From: Conidiobolus incongruus B7586
Taxonomy: Eukaryota
NCBI GenBank assembly: GCA_000697335.1
Contig: JNEM01012723.1
Location: forward strand, 1-57,152
Direction of reading: 5' to 3'
Length of the DNA stretch: 57,152 nt
The stretch's first letter is position 1; every line of letters starts with the position of its first letter. Of this stretch, positions 37,364-50,680 are shown piece by piece. Both the position numbers and the translations under genes were made by a program. Under the pieces are notes generated by a model that saw nothing but the letters and a program-made list of their open reading frames with translations, ran no database searches and was not told the origin of the DNA.

Positions 37364-38800
37364 ATGTCTACAATATCAAAGAATATTTATTTTAAAAATA
37401 ATCAAATCAACGAATATTGTTCATTCTTATCAACGTCAAGAGAGTTTTTAAGTTATTTAAGTCAATCTGAATTAGTGAAATTAAGTACTGCCTCCAAGTT
37501 ATTTCGGAATAAATTAATACCTATAATTTTTCAAAGAGTGTACTTTAATAATGATCCAGAATATACTTTTTTGAAGAGATATAAAAATAATTATAAGGAT
37601 TATGGTAAATTAGATATTAATTATCAGAAACAAATATATAATCAATTCGTTCAAGAATTCGAAAAAACAACTCCAAGTAAGTTATTTTACCATATTGTTG
37701 CTAGAGCATTTATTAATCTATAATATTAAGATTTTCAAACACAATATGAAGAATTTCAAAAATATTTACCTTTATTCCAGCGTTATCTCATTTCTATTTC
37801 CATAAGACAAAAGGATAGACAATATTTGCAGAATATTGATCATTTTACTCAGCTAAAACATTTGTATTTATATAATGTAATTATTCGTATGGATCAATTT
37901 TTATCTATTTTATGCTCTCTAACATCTTTAAAAGCATTAGATTTATCAAAAGTTAATATTGTAGAAACTTGTGCAAATCAAACACATATTGAACAGTTTA
38001 AACTACCAATTACCATTAAAATACTTCGTATTGAAGATTGCTTTATCATCACAGATTTTATCCTAAATTCTCTAATAAGTAATCATCGTCAAGTATTCAA
38101 TATGTCACAATCTCGCTCCTTTCAATTTCCCCTTCAGCATCTACCTCTCCTCCGAGAATTGAAATATATATCTGTTCGTTATAATACTAAACTAATATGC
38201 CAATATTTATCACTCAATCCCCATATTGAAACATTGAATATCAACTTACCACCACTTAATCACCAGCATATTGAGTTCTTACAAGCTTGCAATCACTTAA
38301 AAAGTATGGTATTTCACTGTAACATTCTATCACTAAATAATTTATCACAATTCCATTTCCCCTCACTTGACAATATCCAGTCATTGCAATTTGTATACCA
38401 TCACCAAAACCATTTCCCATACATTGAAAAGTTATGCTTAGCATGCCCTAATCTGAAGGAATTTCAATTCGTCTATACTGGTCCATTTATGCTTAAATTC
38501 CAATCACTTTTCCCGAAGTTAACTAATCTTAAATCCCTAGTAATTAGAAATGACATCGGCAACAACTATTTTACTTTCATTCTTAAGGAGCATCCAAAAC
38601 TGGAATCCATTGAGCTTCAAGGATTTTATGCAAAACAGATCGATTTAACAGTATTTGAAACTTTATCCAAATTCAAATATGTCAAAATTGTGAAATACTA
38701 CAAGGATCCAGACGTCAATTCGTTTGAAGTATTTTTGAAGAGATTTTCTAATTGGACTTGTATATTTGGTTATGAATCTGTTTATTGTTACAGAATTTAA
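37364..38800 (+). CDS. F-box-like/LRR protein 8; join(37364..37676,37731..38800), 460 aa
   Basis: 54-nt phase-1 intron 37677..37730 (GTAAGT...TAAG) that contains the in-frame TAA; junction ...KTTP-N-FQTQYEEFQKYLP. ATCCCATA at 37260 upstream. Confidence 0.9.
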
Positions 38801-39329
38801 AATTAATCTATTACATATTGTCATTAAAATTATATGTATTCTGGACTATAAATACTTTTAAAACATTGTATACAAATAAAAATTATTAGATAATTTAAAT
38901 TCAATTGTTTTATTTTAATTTTATTTTTTTATTAAAAATTAATAATTTTATATATTTAATTTTATATAATCAAATTATTTTAATTTTGATCAATAATTCA
39001 ATATATATATATATATATATAATTGATACAAATATGTAATTCTAAGTTATTTCTTTGCTTTGAATAGGAATAAATTATGATTTTGGATTGATTTTTTTAG
39101 CTCTGATTTATAGTATATAATTTACATTCTTAAATATTAATATTTATATAATTATAATTTTTTGTATTTTTATAAACTATACATTTGAATATTATTACCT
39201 TGAATTTGAAATAATGGGAAATTTTTTAATTTCTGATTTTTCAAACATATTATTAGTTTAAAATAAATAAATATATACAAAGTTAATAGGAAATTATATA
39301 TTTTTAATATATATATATATATTAGTTTT

Positions 39330-40420
39330 TTTGATTAAAAAATTAACTTTTTAAAATTAGTTGTTTAATTTAATCATGTTTAAACTAAATAGTAATCATC
39401 AAAAGTTTTTTATTTTAGTTTTAATAAAACTTAACAATAAACTCTTTAAAATTATTTAAAATTTACAAACAACTTTTAATAATAAAATATTATTCAAATT
39501 AACAATTTATTGCTAGGAAAATTACTTTAAAGTTAAAAGAGAAATTATCTAAAACTTGTTAAAATTTAAAAAATTAATTTTAATTGTTATTTTTTTAATT
39601 ATTAATAAAGTAAAAAAATATATTAAAAACACCTTTTTATTTTAGTTAGAGAATTATTTAAACACTTTAATATTAGTTTTACAAGTATTTTATATATATA
39701 TTAAAGTTTAAACTTAAATTAATAAATAAAAATATAAAATAAGTACTTTATAATTTAACTAAAGCTTAAAAAAAACTAAAGTAGTTATTATTAAATAAAA
39801 CTTATTAAAATATTACTAGAAGCTTAAACTTTTATAGTGAATTATTATACTTAATGAATTTTAAATCTTTATGTATAGTCTTTTATTAAAACACAAATCA
39901 AGATGTTGAATTAAGTTAAATTAACCCCTTTTATAAATTCCTTTAAATAAACATTTTATTAATAAACAAATATTAATTATTATAATAGATTATAATAGTA
40001 TATATTATTTTTATTTAATTTTTGAAGGAAAATTAATTAATAATAAACTTTATATTATTTTTTAAATAAAAGTATTTATAATTAGTATTCTCAATATAAT
40101 TTAAGAAAACTTATTATTTTATATAATAATTGTAAAATATATAAATCTAAAGCTGTAAAAAACTTTCTAATTAAAAATAACTTGAAAAAACTACTACAAC
40201 CAGTATATTCTTTAGATTATAACCTATATGATAATAATTGCTTTAAGTAATTAAAAAATCACCTTATAGAAAAAAAATTTTATAAAAATTAATAAGTTTG
40301 TAAAATATCAAATTTTAGCCTATAATAAAAAAAATGTTTTTTAAAAATATAACAAAAATTTATTAATAATAATAAAAACTATTAAATTTATATTATATTG
40401 TTATTTTTATATATTATATA
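39330..40420 (+). mobile_element. Mutated mariner (DD34D) relic, copy C
   Basis: Collinear with the reverse complement of copy A. 40190-40245 reads LLQPVYSLDYNLYDNNCF, retaining the third catalytic Asp (GAT) that is AAT in copy A. Confidence 0.85.
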
Positions 40421-40849
40421 TTAAAAAGTTTATTTATTTTTAATTGCAAAAAAATTCCCAGTATTTAAGTTTCAAAGAAATATTATAATTTTCTTTAAAT
40501 ATTTATAAGTAATAGCTTCAATTAACTTATAATTATAATATAATCTAATTTGAAATAAATTAATTTCAATACTTATATTGAAATGAAATATAATAGTCAA
40601 AAATTTGGATTATTACTCATAATATCAACTTATCACAATAATTGAATTAAATTATTATTCCTTGTTGATTTTAATCAAAAATTTCCTTTTTAATTTCTAT
40701 TTTTATGTTTATAAATTATTTTAATTGGCAAAAATATACTGGCATCACAAACTATAATTATTTAATAATAATCAATTAAACCACAAATTTTGTGAATTTT
40801 TATTCCAATCAATAATTTATTTGACAAAAAGAGGTAGTCAAGGTCAGTA

Positions 40850-42125
40850 GTTTATTCAAGAGCTCTCAAACTATATTCACTCCTTAGATTTTTGAATATT
40901 TTATTTTAATAATGATCTCGCATATTTCTTTAATAAAAGGAATCACTTTGGAGTGTTTGAAGAAGGTAATGATGCAAAATATCAAATAATCAATTTAGAG
41001 ATTCTGATCACAAATAATAGCAAGTAATAAAATTAAATGTTTTTATGAATTCACTTAATAGAATAAGCATAAAATGTGAATTTTAAGCATTTTAACACCA
41101 TTTAATTTGAATCATGATGCAGCAAAAAGGCCACAAATATTTAAAACAAATGATGATATTATCACAATTGTCACAATTGAGTTTAATTCATATCAAACTT
41201 AGAAGAGATTTCTGTACCGTAATGTCCAATCCTTTATGATCTTTAGACAAGCTCACTTCAGCGCATACTAATATCTTGCAATATTTTACCAATTCCGATT
41301 TTATTAAAAAGATCCAATTGCCAAGACTTAAAGAATTTACATTTTGAAACTTGCTACCTCATCACTGGGTATTTTTCGAGTAGGATATTATAAGATATCT
41401 CAACTATTCTAGCTCTGTATAGAGAGGAGGGGTAAAATATCTTAAACTTTATATAGAATAACTAGCTTACCTCGAGCACTTGACTTATTAAATGATTAGC
41501 AATCAACTTCTAAAGTTAATCAATTTTCAAATCTCACTCTCCAATTCAAGACCTTCAATACAAATCTATAGGTTTAGAATAAGGAGTATTATCAATTACT
41601 GAAATCCTGTCAAAATTTGTCTAGTTTAAAGTCATAATATATTGAAAAATGTATTGACAATTTATCTCAATATTCATTTCTTTGTTTGAAAAACATAAAC
41701 TCTCCCAAATTGACAAATTCTGATTAAAAGTATTACTCCTAGTTAGTATTAATGCGTTTAGCTTGTCCTATTTTGAAAGCTTTGGAATTTGAGTATACTA
41801 TTAGTTGGATGATTAAATTTGTATAGTTTTATCCAAATCATCCAATTTACAATCTTTTACTATTAAGTGAATTTAATATCAATCTTTCTTCGGTATGGAG
41901 CTCAATGGTAACTCGTGTTTAGAATGTATATATCTTCAAGAGTTCAATGTGGAAGAGATTGAATTAATTCGATTTGATAATTTGCCAAGCTAAATAATAT
42001 TTTACCTTTGCCAAATCTTGTCAAAATCCTAATCCACTTACACTTAACAATTGTATTTCTTAAATTATATTTCCTAATTGCATCTTCAAATAAAGGACAA
42101 GAATCTTGGTATTTGTTTATAAATA
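40850..42125 (+). pseudogene. F-box/LRR pseudogene (P6), strongly decayed
   Basis: LACPILKALEFEY at ~41758-41796 (cf. LACPNMKELRFEY) and LECIYLQEFNVEEIELIRF at ~41919-41975. Many stops. Confidence 0.65.
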
Positions 42126-42878
42126 AATTTTATTAGAATAAATTCATATAATTCTAAAAAATATCTATTTTTTTATTTGAAATACTGAATAAGTTTGTTG
42201 AACTCATATTAATTTTTTCAAATAATTGAATTAAAAAAATGAATAAAATGATGATTTTAGTGCATGTTTTAGTGTGTATGATATCAGTTCAAATTGACCA
42301 AATAAACCATCTTGATAACGAAATTATTTAAAATATAAACAAATTGAAAATTATTTTAAAATCAGTTGAAGGAGCCTTGAGTAACACTATTAAAATCTAA
42401 TCTTGGTGAATTTTCATCAAATAATTATATTGTGTAAAGTTTGTTAGTTTCAAAATCAATAGAAATTTGTTAATATTACTAAAATGAATGAACCAGTGGT
42501 TATTAAATTTATTGTATTAATAGTTCATTTTCATAACTTTGTATACAGAATATTATATTCCTATTGGATTTTATAGATATATAGGATTCTACTAATTTAT
42601 TACAGATATTGTAAATTGATAAAAATTTACTTGATTTGTTAATTCTTGTGATCACATTATTTTTTAGATATTATAGAATTGCATATACACTAATTGGTGA
42701 TAGAATTAGGTTATGAAATACTATTCAATAATTTAGGTATAGAAATATTATTAAATCAATTTTAAAAAAATCATTTGACTATACTAAAATAATGCAATTT
42801 TTGAATTAATAACTTGATAATTAAATAATTTTTGTATAAAATAGATAAAAAAATTTTTTAATTTTAATCATTAAAGTT

Positions 42879-44157
42879 TTAAGCAGCACCTAATTTGGCC
42901 TAAAATTGGAGTTAGATAGGAATATTCTAAAATAATTAAATAAATAACTTACCAAAGCTCTGACACCTTGTTCTTCCCACTCGGCTTTTGTGACCCAAGC
43001 GGTGGGTTTGTCTTTGAGAAGGTTGGCGAGCACAGCACCTCCTAGGAAGACCATATGACGACGACTGGGAGGATCGTCAATATTGATTTTGAAGTTGGCG
43101 AGACGAGATACGTCGCCTTGGAGGACGTGAGTGAGGTAGAGTTGCTTCATTTCCTTTTCGAGACGAGATGGGAGACCCGGATACATAGTAGAACCACCAG
43201 ATAATACGATGTGGCGATAGAGCTCGGGACGGAGATCGAGATCAGCACTGTTGATGACTTGATGCAAGAGCTCAGCTACACCAGGAGATTCACAATCCAC
43301 CAATTCGGGTTGGAATAAACATTCGGGAGCTTCGAAACGTTCAGATCCGATTTTGATGACACGACCGTCGGGAAGTGTGTATTGTTCCATGAGTACGGTT
43401 GTTTCTGTAGCTAATTTTTTGTCGAGGTTGAGGTCATAAGAAACATAACATAATTTCTCTTTAATTTGGCGAACAGTTTCGAAATCGGCAGTGCGGTTGA
43501 AGTTATAACCTCTAAGTTGTAATAATTTAATCAAGTAGCGGGTCACATCACGACCAGCAATATCCAAACGCTTGGTCAAATGAGGTAATGAATAACCTTG
43601 ATACACTGGAATAATGTGAGTCACACCATCACCGGAATCAACAACTACACCGGTTAATAAACCTTGAGCATAAAGGGTTAAAACAGCTTGAATAGCTACG
43701 TAAAAGCCTTCAAATTGGTATTCTTCCAACATTACTTCGGCCATCTTTTCCCTATTGGCCTTAGGATTCATAGGAGGTTCAGTCAACAACACCTTACATT
43801 CCTTGGGATCGCACTTTAATTTTTCGTAAAAAGTATAATTCCAAAGGTGACGCATATCCTCCCAATTACGAATAATACCATTTTCCAAAGGGTAGGACAT
43901 CTGTAAAATAGAACGTAATTCGGCAGCTTCGTCCCCAACCATAATATCTTTAACTTCGCGGTCTCCGATCTGTTCTTCGGCTCTTAACATAGGTCTTCCT
44001 ACAACTGATGGGAAAACGTGGGATGGGAAGTTGGAACCTGCATAACCTACTTTAGCAAACTAAAATCATAATTAATACTAAATTGATTTTAATTATAATT
44101 TAATTATAATCTACATACACCTGTACCGTTATCAACGACTAAAACTTTATCACTCAT
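42879..44157 (-). CDS. ARP2: Actin-related protein 2 (Arp2/3 complex); complement(join(42879..42899,42953..44059,44119..44157)), 388 aa
   Basis: [88 protein letters not shown] are Arp2 signatures. Introns 44060..44118 (GTATGT...TAG) and 42900..42952 (GTAAGT...CTAAC...TAG). Ends RAL|AKLGAA*. Confidence 0.97.
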
Positions 44158-44637
44158 AATAATAATAAATTAATACTAATAACAATCAATTAATCAACGC
44201 TTATTTTATATATAATTAATATAATTTAATTACTATTATTAAATTTTAATATTGAATTAAAAAATAAGAAATAAAATTTAAATGAATTCAATTTTTATTA
44301 TTAAAAAAAATTTGATGATGTGTTAAATTAAAAAATATTAATTTATGTATATAATATTTTTTTTTCAATTTTTATATTTCTAAAAATAATTTATCCTTAT
44401 TTTTTAATTAAGAAAAGAATAATTAAAATAATGGTAATAATAATAATTTATATTAAATCATTTATATATCATTATATCAAAATTTTAATTATTTGAATAA
44501 TAATAATATTATAAATTTGTTTAATAATAAAATCATTTTTTTATTAAATAATCGCAATTAAAAAATTAATAAGTTAGTGAGATTATTTACATTTTAGTTA
44601 TATGATTATAATAATTAATAATATTAATTTCTTTAAA

Positions 44638-44696
44638 TTATTATTATTATTATTATTATTACTATTACTATTATTATTATTGTTATTATTATTATT
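44638..44696. repeat. Imperfect (TAT)n microsatellite
   Basis: ttattattattattattattactattactattattattattgttattattatt, upstream of ARP2. Confidence 0.8.
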
Positions 44697-44849
44697 TTAT
44701 ATTTTAAAATTTGTAAGTTACAATAAAAATATAAATCAAAATTTGAAATTAAAATACCCATAAATTAAATTAGTAATAATAAACTATAAAAAACTAAACT
44801 ATGTAGGATAATAATATTCCAATAAATCCAGTAATAAAAATTAATAATG

Positions 44850-45555
44850 TGACAAGCTACTTTGAGTTTATTTCAAGCTTTATTAAGTGGAATACTAGTT
44901 TTATTACTTATGTCAAATTATGATTGCATGTCCTATGTTAAATTTGATAATTACAATTAAAGCATGTCAAAAATGCCAATTAATTAAAACAAACTTCTTT
45001 AAAAAAATTTTTATTGTCAATATCCTTTTGTTAGTCACCTTTGATAGGATCTCCCGATTATAGAGATGCCAAATGTATAGTTTGTGAAGGAGAATTACAA
45101 CCCCAGCAAATCAGAGAGCAAGTTCAAGAAAATGAAGTTGATAATTTTGTTTAAGATTCACAAGATATATTCCAGGATACTCAAATTTTAAGTCAAGTTC
45201 TGGTGAATGATACTTATCCAGAATTCTAACCAAGCTTCAAAAAAGAGACCGAATGAATTAATCAAACAAATAAAAACCGAAAATACTGATGTAAATTATT
45301 TATATTTATTAATATATAATTTAATCAATTAATCCATTAATTATTTGTAATAATATATTTTAAACCTAATCCAACTACAACTACTTCAGCTACAATTACG
45401 AATAACATACCATATAACATATCAAATTCGAATTAGATACCACCATCAATAGCAAATTACACTTTGAATCAAAAATTCTATAACAGGTGACAATTTAACT
45501 GATAATTGAGAATTATTGAAAACAATGAATAAATCTATTATTACTTTAAATAATT
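44850..45555 (+). pseudogene. Decayed small gene with CxxC motif (possibly SSSCA1/Auto_anti-p27-like zinc ribbon)
   Basis: After an acceptor-like TTAG (45034) the frame reads SPLIGSPDYRDAKCIVCEGELQPQQIREQVQENEVDNFV*DSQDIFQD; upstream SNYDCM. The family assignment is a weak resemblance only. Confidence 0.3.
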
Positions 45556-45696
45556 GTAAAATATTATAAATAAAATCAATTTGATAATTCATTCATTTAA
45601 TTAAAAATGATATTGAGATTGTTTTGTTGAGTTTTGAAAAGTTGATATCATTTGTCATTGTATGAAGTGATAATAAATTATTAGTACAATTTCTTA

Positions 45697-45770
45697 GATC
45701 TCGTGGTGTAGTTGGTTATCACGTCTGTCTAACACACAGACGGTCCTCAGTTCGAATCTGAGCGAGATCA
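45697..45770 (+). tRNA. tRNA-Val(AAC): tRNA-Val (anticodon AAC)
   Basis: Cloverleaf: acceptor stem GATCTCG/CGAGATC, D-loop TGG, anticodon stem TCTGT/ACAGA with loop CTAACAC (AAC 45731-33), T arm CTCAG-TTCGAAT-CTGAG, discriminator A. Oligo-T run at ~45790. Confidence 0.97.
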
Positions 45771-45993
45771 TAAAAACTCAATCCCAAAGTTTTTATTTTA
45801 ATTAACATCCACCCTATTTTTGAATTAATTATATTATATTTTTATTATAAATTTAATATTTATTTTGAACTTTTATTCTAATTAAATACATTAATTTAAA
45901 ATAATCAAATTTTTTAAATAATTGTCAAATTATTATAATTCTCCAATGAAATTATATGAAAATGAAAATAAATATTAATAAAGATAAAATTTA

Positions 45994-47262
45994 TTAAATT
46001 TTACACAACAAAGCACCTTGATCATCGTGATAGGAACCCACCAATAACTTGGAAGTATCGACCCATTCGACATTGGTTGGTAAATTGAAGAATTTACCAT
46101 TATCTTGAATTAAAGGATGGAGTTGGTACTTCTTACCAAAAAAGATTTTCTCTCCTGTTTCATTCTTGACACCGAGCACCTGGAAGGGCATAGGCAAATC
46201 CAGGTTGAATTTGGCAAAATGGGATAATTGATTGGCAACAACAGCATGATACTGAGTAGGTCCGACGACGTACAATTCACCAGTCTTAGGATTTTGAGTG
46301 AGGTCACGAGGCATGAATTCCAAATCGGCAGTTTCTTTCAAGTTAAGGTCGCCATTATCTTCGTCCCTTTCGAAAATGAGCAATTTGCCTTTGAAAGATT
46401 CGGTAACGTAAATTAATCGATCGTTCCAGTTGGAGGAAATACTGCTGGGCGCATACAAGCCACTCCACTCTGGGATCAATTTGCCATCATAGTATCTGAC
46501 AATCGATCCACCTGCAAAAGCTCCTAATCCTTCTAAAGATCTCTTAAAGCCTGTGGAATGTTGATTTGTGTTAATCAAATAAAATTCGTCTTCGTTAACT
46601 ACGACCATATCTTGGGGATTCTTTAACAGTCCAGGATTTTGAATACTTTTAATATACTTTAAAGTATTGGAGCTACTTGAAAATTCAAATTGCTCAACTG
46701 AAAACCCTACCAATTCCAATTTATTAATAATAAAAAAGTGAAGAATATTCGAATCTTTCTCAGAAGGTTTGAAACCATACCCGACAGCTTGTAGCTTTAA
46801 AGCCTTTGGCAAATTGTCAAATTGTAATTTATTAAAAGATTTCAACTATACAATTATCATTGAGTATGAATATGATATTGGATAATTCAATATAATATTA
46901 CCTTAACGTTGTAGCTTTTTATCTCACCGCTAACCTTATTGACGCCAAGTAAGTTGAAAGGATTTAAAAAATCTTCCAGTTTAGTATCAATAGACTCACG
47001 ACAAATTGTAAAAGTATAATCAGTTCCTACGAAATGTTTGAATTCGCTACAACCCTTTAACTCTAAATATTTCAATATTAAAAAATATACAATATTAAAT
47101 GAGCTTTTTAGTTTTACCTTTTATTACTGAACATTTTTTATTATTAATAGGTTGATATGTATTCAAGATATTACCGTTATTAATAATAAATAATAAGGTA
47201 TTCTGAAAGATAACCCCTATTACTACCACGATGATACTTACAATACCAACTAATGTTAACAT
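45994..47262 (-). CDS. Paraoxonase/arylesterase-like six-bladed beta-propeller protein with N-terminal membrane anchor; complement(join(45994..46845,46902..47062,47118..47262)), 385 aa
   Basis: Hydrophobic N-terminus MLTLVGIVSIIVVVIGVIF; introns 47063..47117 and 46846..46901 splice in frame. PON-like segments KCSVIKELKGCSE, SVEQF, NPQDMVVV, FYLINTNQH, IYVTES, TGELYV, LLVGS and C-terminal ALLCKI (PON1 ALYCEL). Confidence 0.75.
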
Positions 47263-49304
47263 ATTTTTCAAATGAAAATTTTTTTTCTTGTTAATTTATT
47301 AATAACAAAGAATACACTGAAAATAAAAATTAAATTTAATATTTTTATGAATATTTAAAATTAATTTTGATTTGTGACATCATCAATTTTATTAGGATGT
47401 AATTGGTTAAATTTAGATTAGATTGACTGGAATTAGTGATTAAAACATGATGAAAATATTGCATCATTACAAAAATCATTATATTGAATATTGAACTTAA
47501 TTAATATAATATAATATTAATATATAATTCAATAAAAAGATAAAATTGTTCATTTTATTCCCAAAATTTTTAATTTATAAAATAATTCAATATTCATAAA
47601 TATAAATTAAAATTTTAAAATAATTTGAATATTTCCAGAGTAGTAATTATATAATATAATTTTCAAAATATCATATTTAAATAATAATATTTAGTTTGGA
47701 TTAAATATATTTATAATTCTTTAATAAGTTCAACAAGACTAATATTAAAATTAATAATCATGTATTTAATAAATACATATTTGATTGTACTATTCTCTGT
47801 AAATTATTTTTGCAATTTCTTAAAAAGAAATTGATATGAAATAATAATATCAACTTACAAATTAATTGTTTACCCAATATAATAAGTTTCATATATTCTA
47901 AAATGAGCACTAAGCTGAGTTCAATATTATATAACAAAAATTGTTACTTGAATATCAGTATAAAATATATGATATTAAAATTTAAAATATCATATATATT
48001 ACTTTGCTAATTATTTAAATTCCAAAAACTGAAAATATAGAAAACATAACTTTTTTCAAGCTCCATTAATTTATATCACAATCAAATTTTTAAAATTTTA
48101 TAAAATTTTCAATTTTTATGTTTTATTTTTATTTTAAAAAATTAAAAATATTTAAGAATATATAATATTTCTAATAATAGAAGAAAGAGTTTTCATAGAT
48201 TTTGAACATATTTATTAAAAAACACTAATATTAAATCAGATTGTATATTTATATAAAATAATACTTAGAATATAGATGTATAAAATATCCAGTTATTTTT
48301 AGTATATCATAAAACAGATTTTTAAACTTTGATATGGTGTTAGAACCATTAATTCACAAGTCTAAAAAATATTCATCAAGTTTTTTGTAATTAAATATTC
48401 AAGATAGTATAAATTTCATAAGTACAAAAATTAGAAAAACAATAGCATAGTTATATGATGTAAATAGAGTGAATATCCTTGTAATCATAGACTATATTAT
48501 TAGTTATCCAAAAAGATTCAACAGTTGTTGATATTCAGGTTAGCTTTCGGTTTGATTTCTAATTCTATTACAAATGAAATGGATAAAGTTTGTAAAAAGA
48601 CTAACTAATATCGAGCCACAAATACCCATAAGAAATGTTCCAGCTTGTTAATTGATAGAAACTTTGACAAGGGTCCTAAGTTTTGACGCTATTGACAAGG
48701 ATGATTTTTCTATTTCTAAAGGTGATCTATTTTTGATTTGAAATCAAATCAACCTTCGTCTAAAGATATTAATCTATTTTTAATTTTGCTCCCATTAGCC
48801 ATATATGAGAAATGAAAACAATAATCAATCAATCAATAAATTTATATCTGTTATATTATGTATTTAGTTTTTTATATTAAAGAAATTTTAATATGAATAA
48901 ACAAAGATATGCTGGTATCGTAAATTATGACACAATTAATTACTAGGAATCAACTTAATTATTTGTTTTATTTAAATATAACATTGTGGAGTATATAATT
49001 ATTATTGATATATAAATGTATATAGATATAGCTTTAATCTTTAATAAATAACTCATTTTCTATTATTATATTATTGAAATCAAGCTTAATGAATAGTGAC
49101 TCTATTAAATAATTTACTATTCCATTACCTTGTATATCAATATTAGCATAAGATAATAGATAATTAATTAATAAAATGGTATTGATAAACAATAATTAGA
49201 CTAAACATAAGGTAAAATCAACTGTGTTTTATTATAGTAATTTGTTTAATAATTAAGATTGGTAGGAAAATAATATCAATTATGACTTAGATAATTTTTA
49301 CAAC

Positions 49305-50680
49305 TTAAATTGAATAAGATTGTATCATCTGAATATATGAATAAGATTTCCAATTAACAAATTTCATAAAATTCTATTCAAATTAAATATAATCCCAAGT
49401 TCTATCTTAATTACTAGGAGTTGTGATTCCTTTCAACTTTTAACAAATCTCAAACTTTGTTAAATTTAGAATTGGGATCAAAATATCGAGACGCGAGGTA
49501 TTCCAACTTGTTGAGAGGCAGTGATTATGGCTCAGGAATGTTAAGTCTTGTGAAATGTTTAATAGCAAACCATATCATATTTGGCAAGTAATATATTACA
49601 AAGTTGCAAGAATAAAAAAATTAGAATTTATGATGTTATTTTTATTGTGCTAAACTGAGGGGTATAACTCTAAAAGACTCTAGATTATGGGCCAACTAAT
49701 TATGGTGAAATGACTCAAATTGAGTGAGTTTAGAATTGAAATAGTGTAAAATGTGAATATTGAATTCTCTGGATTTTATATAATATAAAATGAAATATAT
49801 AAACTCTTCAAATATTTGCTAGCTTCCAATAAACATATACATTGGTCATCATAACGTGAAATCTCTGTGGTTGGATACTCGATATTGGGGTTGAGGGATA
49901 AAATTCACAGATGATAATTAGTATATCAACAATCATGATAAAAATCAAATCTTGAATGCTTGGTAGATAATCAGGATAAAGATGGAAAGTAATGATCATT
50001 GTAATACCATCATCATAGTTATATTCCAATCATAAAAGATCTATCAATTGTGAAAAGAAATTCAAATGCCTGAAAGAACTAGATAGTGAAATATCTTTTG
50101 CTCTTATTTGCTTACTGCAAAAGCTTATGCAGAGTGCCTTAATTATTAAGAATAATAAAGCCAAATTATTGAGTTTTAATAAAAAGAAATTAACGAGATA
50201 ATAATATATGTAATTATTAAATATTTTAATATATTGAAATTATTTGTAATTTCAAGCTTATACGAATGTTATAAACCTCCAACGAAAGTCAAAAATCTGA
50301 AATGTGGTTGGAAAAGTTCGAGTCTTTTCTAAATCTCTTCTAATTATATTTCGGTAATTATTTGAAATAAACTGCCATAAAGAGCGTTGATATGAATGAA
50401 TATTATTGTTATATTAATATAATTTTACAAAATGTAATAATAATGATCAAAAAGGCTATCAGTACAAGGTATATAATTTAGATATCTAAGGAATAAGAAG
50501 GATATTGGTTCCAATAAAAAGGCTAAAATATATCTGGTTTAAATAAAATTCTTTATAATTAGGATACGGTACTCAATTGAATTCTCTTTGAAGCTTAATT
50601 AGCTTTGTGATTCTCTTAGAATTAATGCAATTTCTCAACTAGTGATTACTATTAGATCAAGTAAAATACAAAGCTTAATT
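49305..50680 (-). pseudogene. F-box/LRR pseudogene (P7)
   Basis: FHLYPDYLPSIQDL...ICEF in ORF 49808..50029; C-terminal NWKSYSYIQMIQSYSI* remnant at ~49307-49355; LSTVS remnant near 50570. Confidence 0.6.

Noticed and set aside
22002..38800. Split ORF pairs read as frameshifted pseudogenes, programmed frameshifts or two-gene modules
   Set aside because: Each pair is joined in frame by a canonical GT-AG phase-1 intron at the same position.
48100..48800. Mildly coding-like stretch between the PON-like gene and P7
   Set aside because: No ORF of 60 aa or more and no identifiable motif.
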